A stretch of 64,000 nt of DNA, taken from IMG/VR virus record IMGVR_UViG_3300034200_001185, positions 69,534 to 133,533 of that record. One strand, 5' to 3'. The notes beneath the pieces are model-generated. The model had not been told where the DNA came from and did no database searches. It was given only the letters and a program-made list of their open reading frames with translations. Below, piece by piece: positions 39,001 to 47,707 of this stretch (positions are counted from its first letter, which is position 1; the number at the start of each line of letters is the position of its first letter). The DNA is from a virus. The translations under genes were made by a program, and so were the position numbers.

Positions 39001-41357
39001 ATCTTAGTACGCAAAATACGGATCCAGCAGTAACAATCAACGCAAATAATTCTCGGACTGCAATATACTTAGACAATCAAGATAGCGATTACAAGGGATT
39101 AATCTCTCGCACATCCGGCGTTGTGCCTCTAGTTAAGGTTACGGACACAACTCCGTCACTTACATCTACCTATAACTCGATTAAGAACGTAAACTCACAA
39201 GGCGTGAGTATGGCGACCAAGTACTCAACTCGTCCTACAGTACTCATAGAAAAAACAACCGATATAGATGAATCCGCCATAGCAATCAATCGCACCTTAG
39301 ATGTAGACGCAAAATCACCGTCAAATGGTTTAGTGAGTATTCGAGATGACTCCGAAGAAGTAAGATCGGAGGTAGGCTATTGCCTTGACCAATCCGCTTT
39401 ATACGTAGAAGGGAATACAATACTTAACGGTAAGGTAGCAATCGTTTCAGATAATCGAAACTCAAATGATTATCTAACGAATAAAAACGGAACAGGTATT
39501 AATAGCGTTGGTGGCATCGATAGCCATTTAAATCCGACTACATGTGCAGCCGTATCTACAAACACATCTGTCAATAACCAACTTACTCACGGAGAATACG
39601 AAGACGAGTTATTACCTGCTCACTTAGAGTACGGAAAGTTTCTTGGCGAGTACCATATACTAAAGACAATCACCGCGGATAGATTTGATCTGCAAGTAGG
39701 GTCGGAACAGCAGACTTATACTGACATTCAGTTGTACTTCAACGTAGCTAGCGATATTAAAGGATCAGACCAAGGAAGATCGTGTAGACTTGAAACGCTA
39801 ACAAATAAATACGAAGGTTATATTTACTCAGTAGGAAACTCAGTATGCTCAATTCGATTAAAGAGCGGATCCGTAGTATTTTCCAACTTAGTCAAGCTAG
39901 TGGTATTCGGAAGAGAATGGAACGCAAATTTACATAGAGCTTCCGTAAGTAAGACGCTTAACTTTATCGACACAAACCGAAATTCTATTGCTGGAAGTAT
40001 TTACGTAGATGAAGATGGAAACGTTATACTTCCATACCTGCGCGAAACTAGTTTTGACGCTAAAGTATATACAGTTGAGCCTACATTACAAGGCGGAACA
40101 TCGTTTGCTACAATTGTAGGAGATCTACCGGACATGAGTAGAGTAATTCCTATGTACACACCCTCGGAATCTATCTACGGATACACAGGAGACGAACCGG
40201 ATTTGGATCTCAATATATACGATTATTTATTCGACCCTAACGCTAATATCGTATTTAATAAGGACTCAGAAGCATACGAAAGATTTGCATCTTCTAACTT
40301 TCCACAGCTGTCTGGTAAAATGATGTTAATACAAGTAGATTCAGACATATCCGCAATAGACATAGGGCTTAGTAATTGGACGTCTGATCCTGTAGGAGCT
40401 AGCGTAGCGAATAAGAGCTATTACTCGGAATCTTTTGTACAACCGTTATATAGAGGTAACGTTTATTTTGTATCCGAGCTTAGCGGCGTAGATATTAACG
40501 ATGGTTATATGAGAGCGGATTTTAGAGTTAACGTAACAAATACTTTGTATAGACAATTCAACAATGTAGGAATTGGTTATGTATCTGAAGAAATCGGTAA
40601 ATCATATAAATACTACGTAATAGGTTGCTTTCAATTATCGTGGCAGACAAACGAGACAGACGAAACTTTGGTACTCGTATATCCAGGTAATTGGTGGATA
40701 AACACTTGCCTAAACAGTTTAATGGGTAAAATTGAAAATGTTCATCTTAGATCCGTAAATTCTATTCGTGCTAAGTATGAATCTGACGACTCGTATAGCT
40801 CTATCGTAAGCACAACAGACAACTCGTTTATGACTAACTTAAGTAGTATGTACGGCAAACTTAGTACGTCCTCATCCGTACAGTTTTATGGGAGTAGCAT
40901 GCAGTACTTAATGGCGTCTACCGTGTCTAATTTATCGCATATACCAACAAATCAGTACACGGTATGCTCAGTTAATAACGTTGATACTAACGAAGGGTTG
41001 CTTAGTACATCTACGTTGTTTCCTACTTTGAACAAGACTGCGTCCGGACAAGTAGCTTCGGCTAGTATATTATCCGCGCTCAAAGATACTAACTCTATAC
41101 AAAGCTCGCAATCACCAATTGAGTGGAATTTCTATGTAACTTTTGCTGTCAATTCATGCGTACAAGTTTTAAATTCAGTACCGATTAATGCAGGCAGGTG
41201 TGTATTACCAACCAATGATTTGTTAGGTAAAAATTCCGTAATGCAGTACATAATGAGAAACGGACAAATAGAGCAAGAGTTTAGCAGCCTAAGGCCTGAA
41301 GGACTATTTGCGACAATAAGCATAAAAGCGTACCTGAATAACGACCCACCAAATTAA
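36039..41357 (+). CDS. very large structural protein (tail fibre/baseplate-associated)
   Basis: 1772 aa, S/T/N/Y-rich beta composition; last gene of the tail module. Confidence 0.6.
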   Translation: MKDQYVRRGLLQGNTTIQTDGVPTLTGQVLFSYVNGELICENLLNGKNSAQMIIYVDILGEERWDIISFTSNTAEHVLSMINAITYVDNEVDPATTKPVYHATIINSCLVISAPNSTYMRIEGVINSSVANASYGFGFSSVPDPRGISVSGELSSSPSRNDAPSHNKVSYISKYEDRTSESINRAVDSVALNVEDIYLNDSETRPKIASMSMSYKTYSQINEYKNDSTPKAFYVRAPDSAQYTAAVATGSHSIYTPLELTASYPTFRDAYQATYATSVLPIKYSITDDSNNESIKVDRIPGVSNGGLTGIQSTFGDSVYINPSNRRICIGDQVQIGNTLTANSYLQDVTQQYGKVERAGVFKGSNLFKYSGEFNVIDQITIRLTKDLPPILRQPGFIIALTSEKFCFGYRITAVVDYDKLIVEPLQDIEYRLGATILRKDNSHTLLIGASGSFDLFLGDSLPIGTSLVLPLNGSILTIDPQISYLRSLVTSNNRSLIRKSQRSDQDLFGVITELLDKVKSMNSPQLNNVVDSLHALMNSSSCSRSAAFRMPNTPYALRLSDTYSDSVFGPRLNSGGISTISGSSEDIEKLIIVIARQGLTSSDISSISNEIYSPAIKSKYLQIAYYLTLSDMLDANTEVTTVYGIKTIEQLAQEFSGTVNEDNPLARFINLLVLSCAPFSVPYNSSTVVTSDGIINVYPSTNFRVQDLGRDFELKSSTDTFIVRMVEFYTTSSCRFIDLETGLNIKDGTYTSISGLFGIPQQQAINHVYLNNGDKCVKEIVISNNENGTSSAELTKLYDLNVLSKFGIGLFTNSSKTSLYMSFPYEEFFTNSQIRAGLIYSLPVFDVFRLTGVHNLTPQFTKVGIDYIPAYNHSSRSVVYITLILNKVNYSGFYEVKRCIPNILASTIIFEIEAITGQAGYARTMSNLINDVAQITFLDTAPLFVVTDEALEDITPCPSCTLYEMTEFNSYKKVSDFNASIVQQNYVDLSTQNTDPAVTINANNSRTAIYLDNQDSDYKGLISRTSGVVPLVKVTDTTPSLTSTYNSIKNVNSQGVSMATKYSTRPTVLIEKTTDIDESAIAINRTLDVDAKSPSNGLVSIRDDSEEVRSEVGYCLDQSALYVEGNTILNGKVAIVSDNRNSNDYLTNKNGTGINSVGGIDSHLNPTTCAAVSTNTSVNNQLTHGEYEDELLPAHLEYGKFLGEYHILKTITADRFDLQVGSEQQTYTDIQLYFNVASDIKGSDQGRSCRLETLTNKYEGYIYSVGNSVCSIRLKSGSVVFSNLVKLVVFGREWNANLHRASVSKTLNFIDTNRNSIAGSIYVDEDGNVILPYLRETSFDAKVYTVEPTLQGGTSFATIVGDLPDMSRVIPMYTPSESIYGYTGDEPDLDLNIYDYLFDPNANIVFNKDSEAYERFASSNFPQLSGKMMLIQVDSDISAIDIGLSNWTSDPVGASVANKSYYSESFVQPLYRGNVYFVSELSGVDINDGYMRADFRVNVTNTLYRQFNNVGIGYVSEEIGKSYKYYVIGCFQLSWQTNETDETLVLVYPGNWWINTCLNSLMGKIENVHLRSVNSIRAKYESDDSYSSIVSTTDNSFMTNLSSMYGKLSTSSSVQFYGSSMQYLMASTVSNLSHIPTNQYTVCSVNNVDTNEGLLSTSTLFPTLNKTASGQVASASILSALKDTNSIQSSQSPIEWNFYVTFAVNSCVQVLNSVPINAGRCVLPTNDLLGKNSVMQYIMRNGQIEQEFSSLRPEGLFATISIKAYLNNDPPN

Positions 41358-41385
41358 AATATAGGCTAAAGCGTATCCGCTAGAA

Positions 41386-41399
41386 AGCCCCTCAGGGCT
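41386..41399. terminator. short GC hairpin between convergent blocks
   Basis: AGCCC-CTCA-GGGCT; followed by TTCT on the minus strand. Confidence 0.35.
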
Positions 41400-41877
41400 A
41401 TTCGGTATCGACTAATTTATCGATAAAGTTTGTGCACAGCGAGAATAAGTTATCGTGAGATTCGGATTCAAGTTCGTATTCTAGTTCATTAATTAGAATG
41501 TCGAATTGATAACATAATTCCTTAAGATCATCGATAGCCTTCGGTGTTCGATCGGTGGTACGATCTGTTACCAATTCGTCCAGCTCCTTGAAATCCTTCT
41601 TATCGATTTCGTACAAACCAATTCCGTGACCAACGTATGAGCAATAAATTAAGAAGGACAAGTACTGATCATTATCGATTGCGTGTGATGCTTTTTCATC
41701 AGAATCGTATGTTAAATCGAGATGCTTTAAGCCATCTTCCTTTAGTAGCTGTTCTACTCTCCCAGAGAACGCTTTTTGAGCGTCTATGAGAGTTGATGTA
41801 GCAGTATCGCTTAATTCTAAGGACATTGGTGCGAGTAAGAATAGGATCCACCTATCTTTTGGTACTGAGAATGCCAT
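41398..41877 (-). CDS. hypothetical acidic protein
   Basis: 159 aa; GAAAGGA RBS. Confidence 0.75.
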   Translation of the reverse strand: MAFSVPKDRWILFLLAPMSLELSDTATSTLIDAQKAFSGRVEQLLKEDGLKHLDLTYDSDEKASHAIDNDQYLSFLIYCSYVGHGIGLYEIDKKDFKELDELVTDRTTDRTPKAIDDLKELCYQFDILINELEYELESESHDNLFSLCTNFIDKLVDTE

Positions 41878-41895
41878 AAACGTTTCCTTTCGGTA

Positions 41896-42330
41896 TTAAT
41901 ACCAAGCACGTAGTTCTAATGTTTCGTCGTCAACATCTTCTGCGTAATACTTGAAGAATGTCAAGAACGTTAGTAGATCTTCCTTAGTGTATTCGTAGTG
42001 AAGCGGTTCCAGAAATTTACGAATATCTTCGTCATGTTCTCCGCTCTTTGCCAAATCGTAACGACTCTTCATGCTTTCCCAAGCACTACGAATTTCGTCT
42101 TTAGTCCTATCCGCGTAAAGCCAACCAGATTTATCCAGTAAAGCGTCTACCATAGGTCCGTAAAACTTACCACGAAATGCTGAGCTTGTTCCGTCGTCAT
42201 TCTCGTTTACGCAAGAAAACATACCGATACACAAACTACCAGGTAATTCTTCACCTTTGTAGTTACAAGCAATTAGTTCATCAGTACCGTTCTTATCGGC
42301 GTGTACCATAAAAAAGTTATCTAATCCCAT
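41896..42330 (-). CDS. hypothetical protein
   Basis: 144 aa, MGLDNFF...FRGKFY...LRAWY; GAAGGA RBS. Confidence 0.75.
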   Translation of the reverse strand: MGLDNFFMVHADKNGTDELIACNYKGEELPGSLCIGMFSCVNENDDGTSSAFRGKFYGPMVDALLDKSGWLYADRTKDEIRSAWESMKSRYDLAKSGEHDEDIRKFLEPLHYEYTKEDLLTFLTFFKYYAEDVDDETLELRAWY

Positions 42331-42379
42331 GATATAATCCTTCGTTTAAAGTATGGCGTATCCGCTCACAATTTACTGA

Positions 42380-43213
42380 TTAAGAGTTTGCCCAGCTGTC
42401 AGCGAATGGTGCTGATTCCAAAATACCCTTCGCAATCAATTCGATCTCAAGCGCCTCTGTGCCGAGTCTGAACTTCTCAACCGATTGAATGAGTGTGTCT
42501 AGCTTATCTGCTAGATCGTTCAAACGTTGTTCTGTGCTTGCGTTTGACTTTGCAACCTTTGCTTGAAAGTCTGCGTCAATACGCTGTGCTTGATCAAGCG
42601 ATGCATTGATGTACTTTAGATCCGATGAAACACCTTGATCGATAGCGCTTACTCGATTTAGAATTTCCGAATTACTTGCAAGTAACTTAGAGAAATTATG
42701 CGAGATAGATACTAGCGCTCCGTTCAAAGCCTCGACTTGAACATTGATGTCGGTAGTATGTACTTGCTGCGAAACAGTTTCTACGACATGTTCTACAACA
42801 GGTACTTGTTCTACTTCTTGTACAACGACTGCTGGCTCTTGTGCGAGAGGTAGGCTTGATCGTCTGCGTCTCGCAGGCTTTTCTACTTGAGGCACTTCTA
42901 CCGCTGCTGGCTCAAATGGTAGATCGGCTGGCGCTTGCTCTTCGGCTACTGCTACGCTTTGTTGCTCTTGCTGGACAATCGGAGAGTTGTTTCGAATTGC
43001 TACTGACGCAAGTGCGTCAATAAAAACATTCTTGCGGTTTGCGGGTGTTACGCGTGAGCATTGACGAGCAAGCTCGGTTGTATCGCATAAGTCTTTGCAT
43101 GCAAGCATGAGGTGGGTGATTGCGACATCGCTACGTGATGCGAGTTCACGAGTGAGTGATTCGTTGCCAGATGCAACTGCGTCTAGGATTGCGATTACTT
43201 GTGGTGTAGACAT
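42380..43213 (-). CDS. hypothetical protein (low-complexity linker plus coiled coil)
   Basis: 277 aa; AAGGAG RBS; motif promoter upstream. Confidence 0.8.
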   Translation of the reverse strand: MSTPQVIAILDAVASGNESLTRELASRSDVAITHLMLACKDLCDTTELARQCSRVTPANRKNVFIDALASVAIRNNSPIVQQEQQSVAVAEEQAPADLPFEPAAVEVPQVEKPARRRRSSLPLAQEPAVVVQEVEQVPVVEHVVETVSQQVHTTDINVQVEALNGALVSISHNFSKLLASNSEILNRVSAIDQGVSSDLKYINASLDQAQRIDADFQAKVAKSNASTEQRLNDLADKLDTLIQSVEKFRLGTEALEIELIAKGILESAPFADSWANS

Positions 43214-43269
43214 GATGGTCTCCTTGTTTTTGTGTTTGTACGTATCCGTAAGCTATTGGGTATTACCCG

Positions 43270-43303
43270 TATACTGTTATCACTTTATGCGATACTCTTT
43301 TGC
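43270..43303 (-). promoter_or_regulatory. phage promoter motif site 2 (GCAA-N16-GTGATAA-CAG-TATA)
   Basis: Full consensus match 57 nt upstream of ATG 43213. Confidence 0.65.
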
Positions 43304-43605
43304 TACCCTTCAATCGCTTTACGATTGGTTTTGTAGCATATGGTTGCTTGAGCGTCTGTGCATACATTATCCCTGCTTGCACAATCACCTTTACACGAAA
43401 GTATCTCTTGAAGGACTTGCCAATTCGCTTGAACGTATTTCTGAGTAGATGTTCGTATCTTCTCTTGGTTTGTAGAAACACTTGAGGGCGATATAAGCAT
43501 TTCATCAATTTGCGAAATAGTTGCATGACGTGGAGCGAATTGCCCTGTCTCTTGTTTCAGAAACTGACGAGCTTCTGTAATATTTACTAGGTATGCGCTA
43601 AGCAT
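43303..43605 (-). CDS. hypothetical Cys-containing protein
   Basis: 100 aa; abuts the RusA stop. Confidence 0.65.
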   Translation of the reverse strand: MLSAYLVNITEARQFLKQETGQFAPRHATISQIDEMLISPSSVSTNQEKIRTSTQKYVQANWQVLQEILSCKGDCASRDNVCTDAQATICYKTNRKAIEG

Positions 43606-44070
43606 TTATACCTCGCAGTTATATATACGAATATTGACGTATTCATCTTTATCCGTTTCATTCTTGGTAAGTAATATGTTCATAAACTGAGAATCGTCTA
43701 TGCCTAAGCTCTCACTTACGCCATCTTCTAGCACCTTAACGCGATTGCTAATATCAATCTTACGAAACCGAGTAGCCGACTTTTTCTTTAGCCACGATTT
43801 AGTTTCTACGTTGTTAAAGTAGAAATCGTAGCTGATTGCGAGTCTTACATTTTCTAGCGAAACGGTAGCAAGCTCTCTACACTTTGTTGCGACTAGGCCA
43901 TGTATCATATCCTTGTACTGACGACCTTCAGATGAAAGTGTTCTTCGTCCTTTATTCGTAAAGTACAACGAGTTTACGCTCGGTGGCATGGGTATATTTT
44001 CAATCGTTGTTATCAGTGAGCCAAGGGCGTGGTTTACGCTTGTTTGTTCTGGATTCATCTGTTGTTCCAC
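43606..44070 (-). CDS. rusA: RusA-like Holliday junction resolvase (start uncertain)
   Basis: PMPPSVNSLY...SEGRQYK...DISNRVKVLEDG...DDSQF conserves the RusA D/K/D catalytic pattern. Confidence 0.85.
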   Translation of the reverse strand: MEQQMNPEQTSVNHALGSLITTIENIPMPPSVNSLYFTNKGRRTLSSEGRQYKDMIHGLVATKCRELATVSLENVRLAISYDFYFNNVETKSWLKKKSATRFRKIDISNRVKVLEDGVSESLGIDDSQFMNILLTKNETDKDEYVNIRIYNCEV

Positions 44071-44569
44071 TCTTTACGCTATTTAGCCGAATGTTCTGTT
44101 CTTGATCTTGACCACGTAATGTAACAATACGAGAGATGACTTTGTAGTTTTGCGCACACATTGTCTCTGCCGATTCTAAGTACGATTTCATGGCTGACCA
44201 CCATAACACATTATAATTAGCAATCAAATAGTCATCATCAAACTCTACGCAATCTTTTCCCTTCGATTTGATAATCGATTGCTTGATTGCGCTAAGTGCG
44301 TCCTCTCTACATCTTAATTGGACAACAGCATCGCTTAATGCACCGTTTATATACCGAGTCCAACTGATATGAGCAGACATTAGTTCGGCTAATTCTGACG
44401 TATCAAGTTCGTCTAGGTTTTTAGGCGGAACACCGCAATACTTATCACCGCGAAAATGCGGTTTATCTTCTTCTGACATATCGAGTTGTATGCCCATCTT
44501 TGCTAATTCGAGTTTAACCTCTTCAGGTACGGATAAGTAGGTATCGTTAATCTTCTTAACGTTAGTCAC
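44000..44569 (-). CDS. hypothetical helical protein
   Basis: 189 aa, GTG start, in operon. Confidence 0.7.
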   Translation of the reverse strand: MTNVKKINDTYLSVPEEVKLELAKMGIQLDMSEEDKPHFRGDKYCGVPPKNLDELDTSELAELMSAHISWTRYINGALSDAVVQLRCREDALSAIKQSIIKSKGKDCVEFDDDYLIANYNVLWWSAMKSYLESAETMCAQNYKVISRIVTLRGQDQEQNIRLNSVKSGTTDESRTNKRKPRPWLTDNND

Positions 44570-45299
44570 CTTCTACCTCTGGCTTACATATATAATAATA
44601 CTGACATGACTCGCATGACCATGAATTAGGCTCACGTGCAATCTCTTCGCCCTTAGAACAAGTAAACATAGCATCGAATAGCATGTTGGAAATTTCATCT
44701 TGTCTCTTTGCGTCTGCTTCTACGAGAAAGCGTTTATGCACGTCCTTGTCCTTATTGAAATAATCAAACAATATCCACTTAGCGTTAAAGCAAGCTGCAT
44801 AACAATTCGCTTGAATTTCATGCTTAGCAATTGGACTGCGCAGTGAATTCCAAGTTGCAGATGACGCAGTCTTTAACTCGTAGACAATACAATCACCTTG
44901 CTTGATATCGTCATTGATATCACGCGTAGCGGTAATGAGCGCATCCGCACTACCTGCTAGGTTATGATCGTGTGCAAAAACAGTATCATTGATACTCTTT
45001 TCGATTTCTAGCGTAAATGGCATATCAGGTGTATCAAACACATTACGTAATTTAGATTGTACCCAATCGTGTACCACGTGTCCGTGGTCAAATGTTCTAC
45101 GTAGCCTTGGCGAAATATTGTGCTTAGGTGGCGTCTTATTAAACGCGTAATACAATTTTCTTCCACAATCGCCAAGTGAGGATGGGTGGAATTTACCGTC
45201 GATATCCCTCGCGGATACCTTCTCGTTTTTCTTCTTGTCTAGCTCGTCAAATAGAATGTCGAGATCGAGGACGTTAAGTACTGATCTAATCGAAGACAT
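44562..45299 (-). CDS. Cas4-like PD-(D/E)xK exonuclease with Fe-S cysteines
   Basis: HPSSLGDCGRKLYY...GHVVH...GSADALI...YELKT...QANCY...CESCQYYYIC. Confidence 0.85.
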   Translation of the reverse strand: MSSIRSVLNVLDLDILFDELDKKKNEKVSARDIDGKFHPSSLGDCGRKLYYAFNKTPPKHNISPRLRRTFDHGHVVHDWVQSKLRNVFDTPDMPFTLEIEKSINDTVFAHDHNLAGSADALITATRDINDDIKQGDCIVYELKTASSATWNSLRSPIAKHEIQANCYAACFNAKWILFDYFNKDKDVHKRFLVEADAKRQDEISNMLFDAMFTCSKGEEIAREPNSWSCESCQYYYICKPEVEGD

Positions 45300-45300
45300 G

Positions 45301-45498
45301 TTATCTCTTTACTCGAAACGGATCTTGTTTTCCGTTTGCAATCTTAGTTAGTGATTCGAATGGTGCTGTGCCATGAATAGGACATCGTGGTAAGCTACCA
45401 GCTATATCGAGTGCGGATCCGCACAATGGACATCCGTTAGATGCTCTCTTTTCCATCTTGTCGTGAGGAAAGCCTAATACTGCGTTCTTTTCCATCAT
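45301..45498 (-). CDS. small zinc-ribbon protein
   Basis: CPLCG...CPIHG; contains EKRAS. Confidence 0.65.
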   Translation of the reverse strand: MMEKNAVLGFPHDKMEKRASNGCPLCGSALDIAGSLPRCPIHGTAPFESLTKIANGKQDPFRVKR

Positions 45499-45670
45499 AA
45501 TTGCTACCGCCATCTGCTTTTAAAGCGTTGCATAGTTCGTCAGAGGGGACGAAATTTACTGTCGTCTTACCTCTACTATACCCCAAACCGCTCCTTAAAA
45601 CAAATAAAGTACCAACGCCAGGAATGACAAGTTTGCCGTCGCGTAATAAGCTCTTGAGTGCAAAATGCAT
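45437..45670 (-). CDS. HU/IHF-like DNA-binding protein, N-terminally shortened
   Basis: TAATG-coupled to polA; LRDGKLVIPGVGTLFV...TVNFVPSDELCNAL resembles the HU motif VQLVGFGTFEV...VPAFKPGKALK. Confidence 0.45.
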   Translation of the reverse strand: MHFALKSLLRDGKLVIPGVGTLFVLRSGLGYSRGKTTVNFVPSDELCNALKADGGSNYDGKERSIRLSSRQDGKESI

Positions 45671-47703
45671 TATTTCGCCTCCGCCCAATTCGGTGCGAAC
45701 CCGCCTTCCGCTGTTAGCGGAACTAATAGGTCCAATCCCGGATTTTCCATTTTCTTCATTACAAGCTGATTGATCTTGCATAGTATCTCCTCGTTGTTAG
45801 GCGCTTCTACGATTAATTCGTCGTGTACTTGGAGAAGCATTCTAACCCCAAGTTCCCCGCCTTCTAAACAATCTCCGCCTAGAAGTGGATCACGATCTAT
45901 CGCAAGCATGGCCATCTTTGTTATATCTGCCGCGCTACCTTGAATAGGCGCATTAATTGAGTCACGTTCTGCCTTAGCACGAATACCTTGATTACTAGAC
46001 GTGATTTGAGTCAAGCGTCTGTACCTACCGGTAAGCGTTCTTACGCAGTGCTGCGGATCCGCAACTAAATCGTATTGTACCTTGTCAATATACTTACGTA
46101 CGTTTGGAAATGTATTAAACCACTCGCTAATCTTTTTCTTCGCTTCCGAGATTGTGATACCGAGAGTTTCCGATAAGGCTTTAGGGCCTTGACCGTACAT
46201 AATACCAAAACCAATCGCTTTTGACGCATCACGTGCATCGAGTAAGCTTTGCATACGTTTTCTATCTACATTAAGATCTTCGACAATAGCTAGCGCATGT
46301 TCTTTGTCAATGTTGACTTTCTTTGCGAGTTTCGTAGCTGCGCCTTCTATTTCTCCGACATCGGATAATATCTTTGCGCCCATAGCCTCTTCGTAGCTAA
46401 CACCTTGCATCTTTGATGCCGTAAAACAGTGCAAATCAAGTCCGTCAGATATTGCACCGCACATATGCTTATCACGACTCATGTGAGCCATAACACGCAT
46501 TTCAATTTGACCGTAGTCCCATACGCCAAGCGCATAACCTTCGCTACACATAAACGCCTTACGAATTTCCTTACCCGCATCCCCCTTACGAGGTATGTTT
46601 TGTAGGTTAGGATTTTGCGATGATAGTCGTCCTGTAACAGTACCTGTCTGTTGGAGCGTACAATGTATTCTGCTATCTTCGCCAATATGCTCTTGTAAAC
46701 CTTCGAGATAAGTACCAACGAGTTTATCTAGCTTACGATACTCTGCGAGAAGTACGGCAGCTTCAATACCACGCTTTGCAAGTATTTCTAGTGTTTCAAT
46801 GTCGGTAGAAGGCTTAGAGCTATCAGTGTATGCCACGGGCTCAAGTCCCATACCGCCTTCACTTTGAGGGCCGAAGAAGAAGTGTTGTAACTGCTTTACG
46901 GATCGAATATTGATTGGATACCCTGCGATTTGCTTAATCTTTCGATCTAGCTCTCGCATACGTACTTCCATAGGACCTTTCATATCAAGTAGATGCTGTG
47001 TATTGATACAAAATCCCCTACGTTCCATTCGCCACAAACATTTAGTAAACGGCATTTCAATCTTCGTAAAGTACCCAAACAGATTCTCAGTTACTCCGTA
47101 TTCGGACGTATCTAGCTTTTTCATCTCTTCCGCATGCACCTCGCTTAAGTGCCAAGTGGCATAAGCGTCAAGTGTAGCGTAGCGAGCAACTAGATCGAGA
47201 GGGGCATTGATTAGACGATGAATAACTTCGCTTTCACTACGTACATTAAATACTTCGCTAAATGGTTTCATCGGTATTCCTAGAAAGTCACGTGCTTGAG
47301 ATTTTAAGTCAAGCTCACCACGAATTTTTCTATTCTCGTCAATCATAAACCCCATAACTAGCGTATCCGCTACTCTACCGCGCATTTCAGGTACTGCGAC
47401 GTTAGCTAACATATGCATATCGTATTTAGCGTTATGCATTACCCACACTCGATCCGAATCCGTATACAAGTTGTGGAAGGATGGCGACATAATCAACTCT
47501 AAAGAAAACAACCAGCGTTCTTGTCCATCAGACATTGACCAGAATAACGGAATGTCATTACTGATCGATAAGCCGGTTGTTTCCGTATCAAGTGCGAGTC
47601 GTGTCCGCCAACCACATTCCCTAGACGCAAGTTCGTTCATTAGCTGATCGAACTCACACGGATCCGTGACTATAATGGGAGGGGGAAGGGAAACGAATTG
47701 CAT
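45670..47703 (-). CDS. polA: family A DNA polymerase (3'-5' exonuclease plus polymerase, no 5'-3' exonuclease)
   Basis: ExoI LDTETTGL, ExoII HNAKYD, ExoIII YATLD; motif A DYGQIEMR, motif B RDASKAIGFGIMYG, motif C QVHDEL. Confidence 0.97.
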   Translation of the reverse strand: MQFVSLPPPIIVTDPCEFDQLMNELASRECGWRTRLALDTETTGLSISNDIPLFWSMSDGQERWLFSLELIMSPSFHNLYTDSDRVWVMHNAKYDMHMLANVAVPEMRGRVADTLVMGFMIDENRKIRGELDLKSQARDFLGIPMKPFSEVFNVRSESEVIHRLINAPLDLVARYATLDAYATWHLSEVHAEEMKKLDTSEYGVTENLFGYFTKIEMPFTKCLWRMERRGFCINTQHLLDMKGPMEVRMRELDRKIKQIAGYPINIRSVKQLQHFFFGPQSEGGMGLEPVAYTDSSKPSTDIETLEILAKRGIEAAVLLAEYRKLDKLVGTYLEGLQEHIGEDSRIHCTLQQTGTVTGRLSSQNPNLQNIPRKGDAGKEIRKAFMCSEGYALGVWDYGQIEMRVMAHMSRDKHMCGAISDGLDLHCFTASKMQGVSYEEAMGAKILSDVGEIEGAATKLAKKVNIDKEHALAIVEDLNVDRKRMQSLLDARDASKAIGFGIMYGQGPKALSETLGITISEAKKKISEWFNTFPNVRKYIDKVQYDLVADPQHCVRTLTGRYRRLTQITSSNQGIRAKAERDSINAPIQGSAADITKMAMLAIDRDPLLGGDCLEGGELGVRMLLQVHDELIVEAPNNEEILCKINQLVMKKMENPGLDLLVPLTAEGGFAPNWAEAK

Positions 47704-47707
47704 TTAG

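Noticed and set aside
42359-42373. 15-nt exact match (TATCCGCTCACAATT) to part of the lac operator lacO1
   Set aside because: Only part of the operator, no other vector sequence nearby, and it overlaps one of the native TATC-loop hairpins; most likely coincidence
44562-45299. Cas4 as evidence of a CRISPR-Cas system
   Set aside because: No repeat-spacer array or other cas genes seen; solo Cas4-like nucleases beside RusA and polymerase are ordinary phage recombination genes
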